Shown: positions 63,162-64,000 of the stretch, piece after piece
Layout of the letters: every line of letters starts with the position of its first letter
Position numbering within the stretch: position 1 is the first letter of the stretch
Virus genome (UHGV): UHGV-0312576
Direction: 5' to 3' (one strand)
DNA: 64,000 nt
From: a virus
Program-made: the position numbers and the translations under genes
The notes under the pieces: generated by a model
Told to the model about the DNA's origin: nothing
The model's input: the letters and a program-made list of their open reading frames with translations, nothing else
The model's database searches: none

Positions 63162-63917
63162 ATGGGTAAAGATAACCAATTAAAAGATAGAACAGGCGAG
63201 GTGTCATACACCAAGTATGGCACTAAAGCCACTACCGTCCAGTATATCAATAATAAAGATGTGCTTGTTGAATTTAATGATGATTATAGATTTCAGTATC
63301 ACACAACATATATCAATTTTAAAAATGGAAGATTAACAAATCCATACGACAAAAGTATCTACAGAATTGGTTTTATCGGAATTGGAGATTATGATTCAAA
63401 ACATATATCATATCCAGCTTGGTTCAATATGATTAAACGTTGTTACAAAAAACAAAAGAGTTATGATGATGAGTCCTATGATGATTGCATTGTCGATAAG
63501 GAATGGCACAACTTTCAGAATTTTGCAAAATGGTATGAAGAAAATATGTATGTGTGTGATGAACGTTTAGTGATAGATAAGGACATTAAATTGCATGGGA
63601 ACAGAATGTATTCAAAAGAGTATTGTATGTTATTACCAGAAAAAATAAACCTACTATTCATTAAAGAAAAGGCAAGACGAGGCGACTTGCCTATGGGAGT
63701 GCATTTCCATAAGGAAAGAGATAATTATGTAGCAATGTGTTCTGTAGATGGAAAAACAAAATATATTGGCTCATATTCAAATCCTCAAATTGCATTTAAT
63801 CATTATAAAGAGTTTAAAGAAAAGCATATTAAAAAGGTTTTAGAAAATTACATTGGTATTTTGCCAAGTGATATTTATAAAGCAGTTGAGAATTACAAAA
63901 TAGAAATTACAGATTAA
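63162..63917 (+). CDS. AP2-domain homing-endonuclease-like protein
   Basis: C-terminal 'VHFHKERDNYVAMCSVDGKTKYIGSYSNPQIAFNHYKEF' resembles an AP2 DNA-binding domain. 251 aa. Confidence 0.4.
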   Translation: MGKDNQLKDRTGEVSYTKYGTKATTVQYINNKDVLVEFNDDYRFQYHTTYINFKNGRLTNPYDKSIYRIGFIGIGDYDSKHISYPAWFNMIKRCYKKQKSYDDESYDDCIVDKEWHNFQNFAKWYEENMYVCDERLVIDKDIKLHGNRMYSKEYCMLLPEKINLLFIKEKARRGDLPMGVHFHKERDNYVAMCSVDGKTKYIGSYSNPQIAFNHYKEFKEKHIKKVLENYIGILPSDIYKAVENYKIEITD

Positions 63918-64000
63918 CGGAGGTAAATATATTGAAGACAAGAGCAGCAAATAAAATTCAGACAAAGTTAGTTACATTATTATATGGTGCAACCTTTAGT

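Overview
This is an AT-rich, phage-like mosaic region, consistent with a temperate prophage or phage-plasmid from a low-GC Firmicutes/Clostridia-type host. No structural, packaging or obvious replication genes appear in the window. It is dominated by short, mostly + strand early/accessory ORFs. The main content is:
- Three separate lysogeny-switch-like modules, each an XRE-family HTH repressor on the minus strand divergent from + strand genes, at about 11.4-12.7 kb, 31.8-33.3 kb and 33.4-34.5 kb.
- Two different IS110-family insertion sequences (2.3-3.6 kb and 40.2-41.4 kb), each flanked by non-coding sequence that could encode a bridge-RNA-like transcript.
- A minus-strand accessory operon (3.7-7.8 kb) carrying a RelA/SpoT-domain (toxSAS/CapRel-like) protein. 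Next to it is a translationally coupled Ku + ATP-dependent DNA ligase (NHEJ) pair and a TehB-like SAM methyltransferase.
- Two non-coding tracts of about 1 kb each (10.35-11.40 kb and 13.12-14.25 kb) with repeats and extensive hairpin potential.
- A tyrosine recombinase split into separate core-binding and catalytic ORFs around a three-gene cassette, and a MazF/PemK-like toxin with atypical gene order.
- A probable counter-defence block (43-50 kb) and an ADP-ribosylglycohydrolase.
- Several additional features: two tRNA-Gln(TTG) and one tRNA-Met(CAT) with adjacent odd tRNA-derived fragments; a 21-nt motif recurring upstream of many small genes; an alternative sigma factor; DUF262/ParB-like proteins; and several pseudogene remnants.

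No rRNA genes or CRISPR arrays are present. All protein-family calls rest on motifs recognised by eye in the translations and should be confirmed by profile searches.
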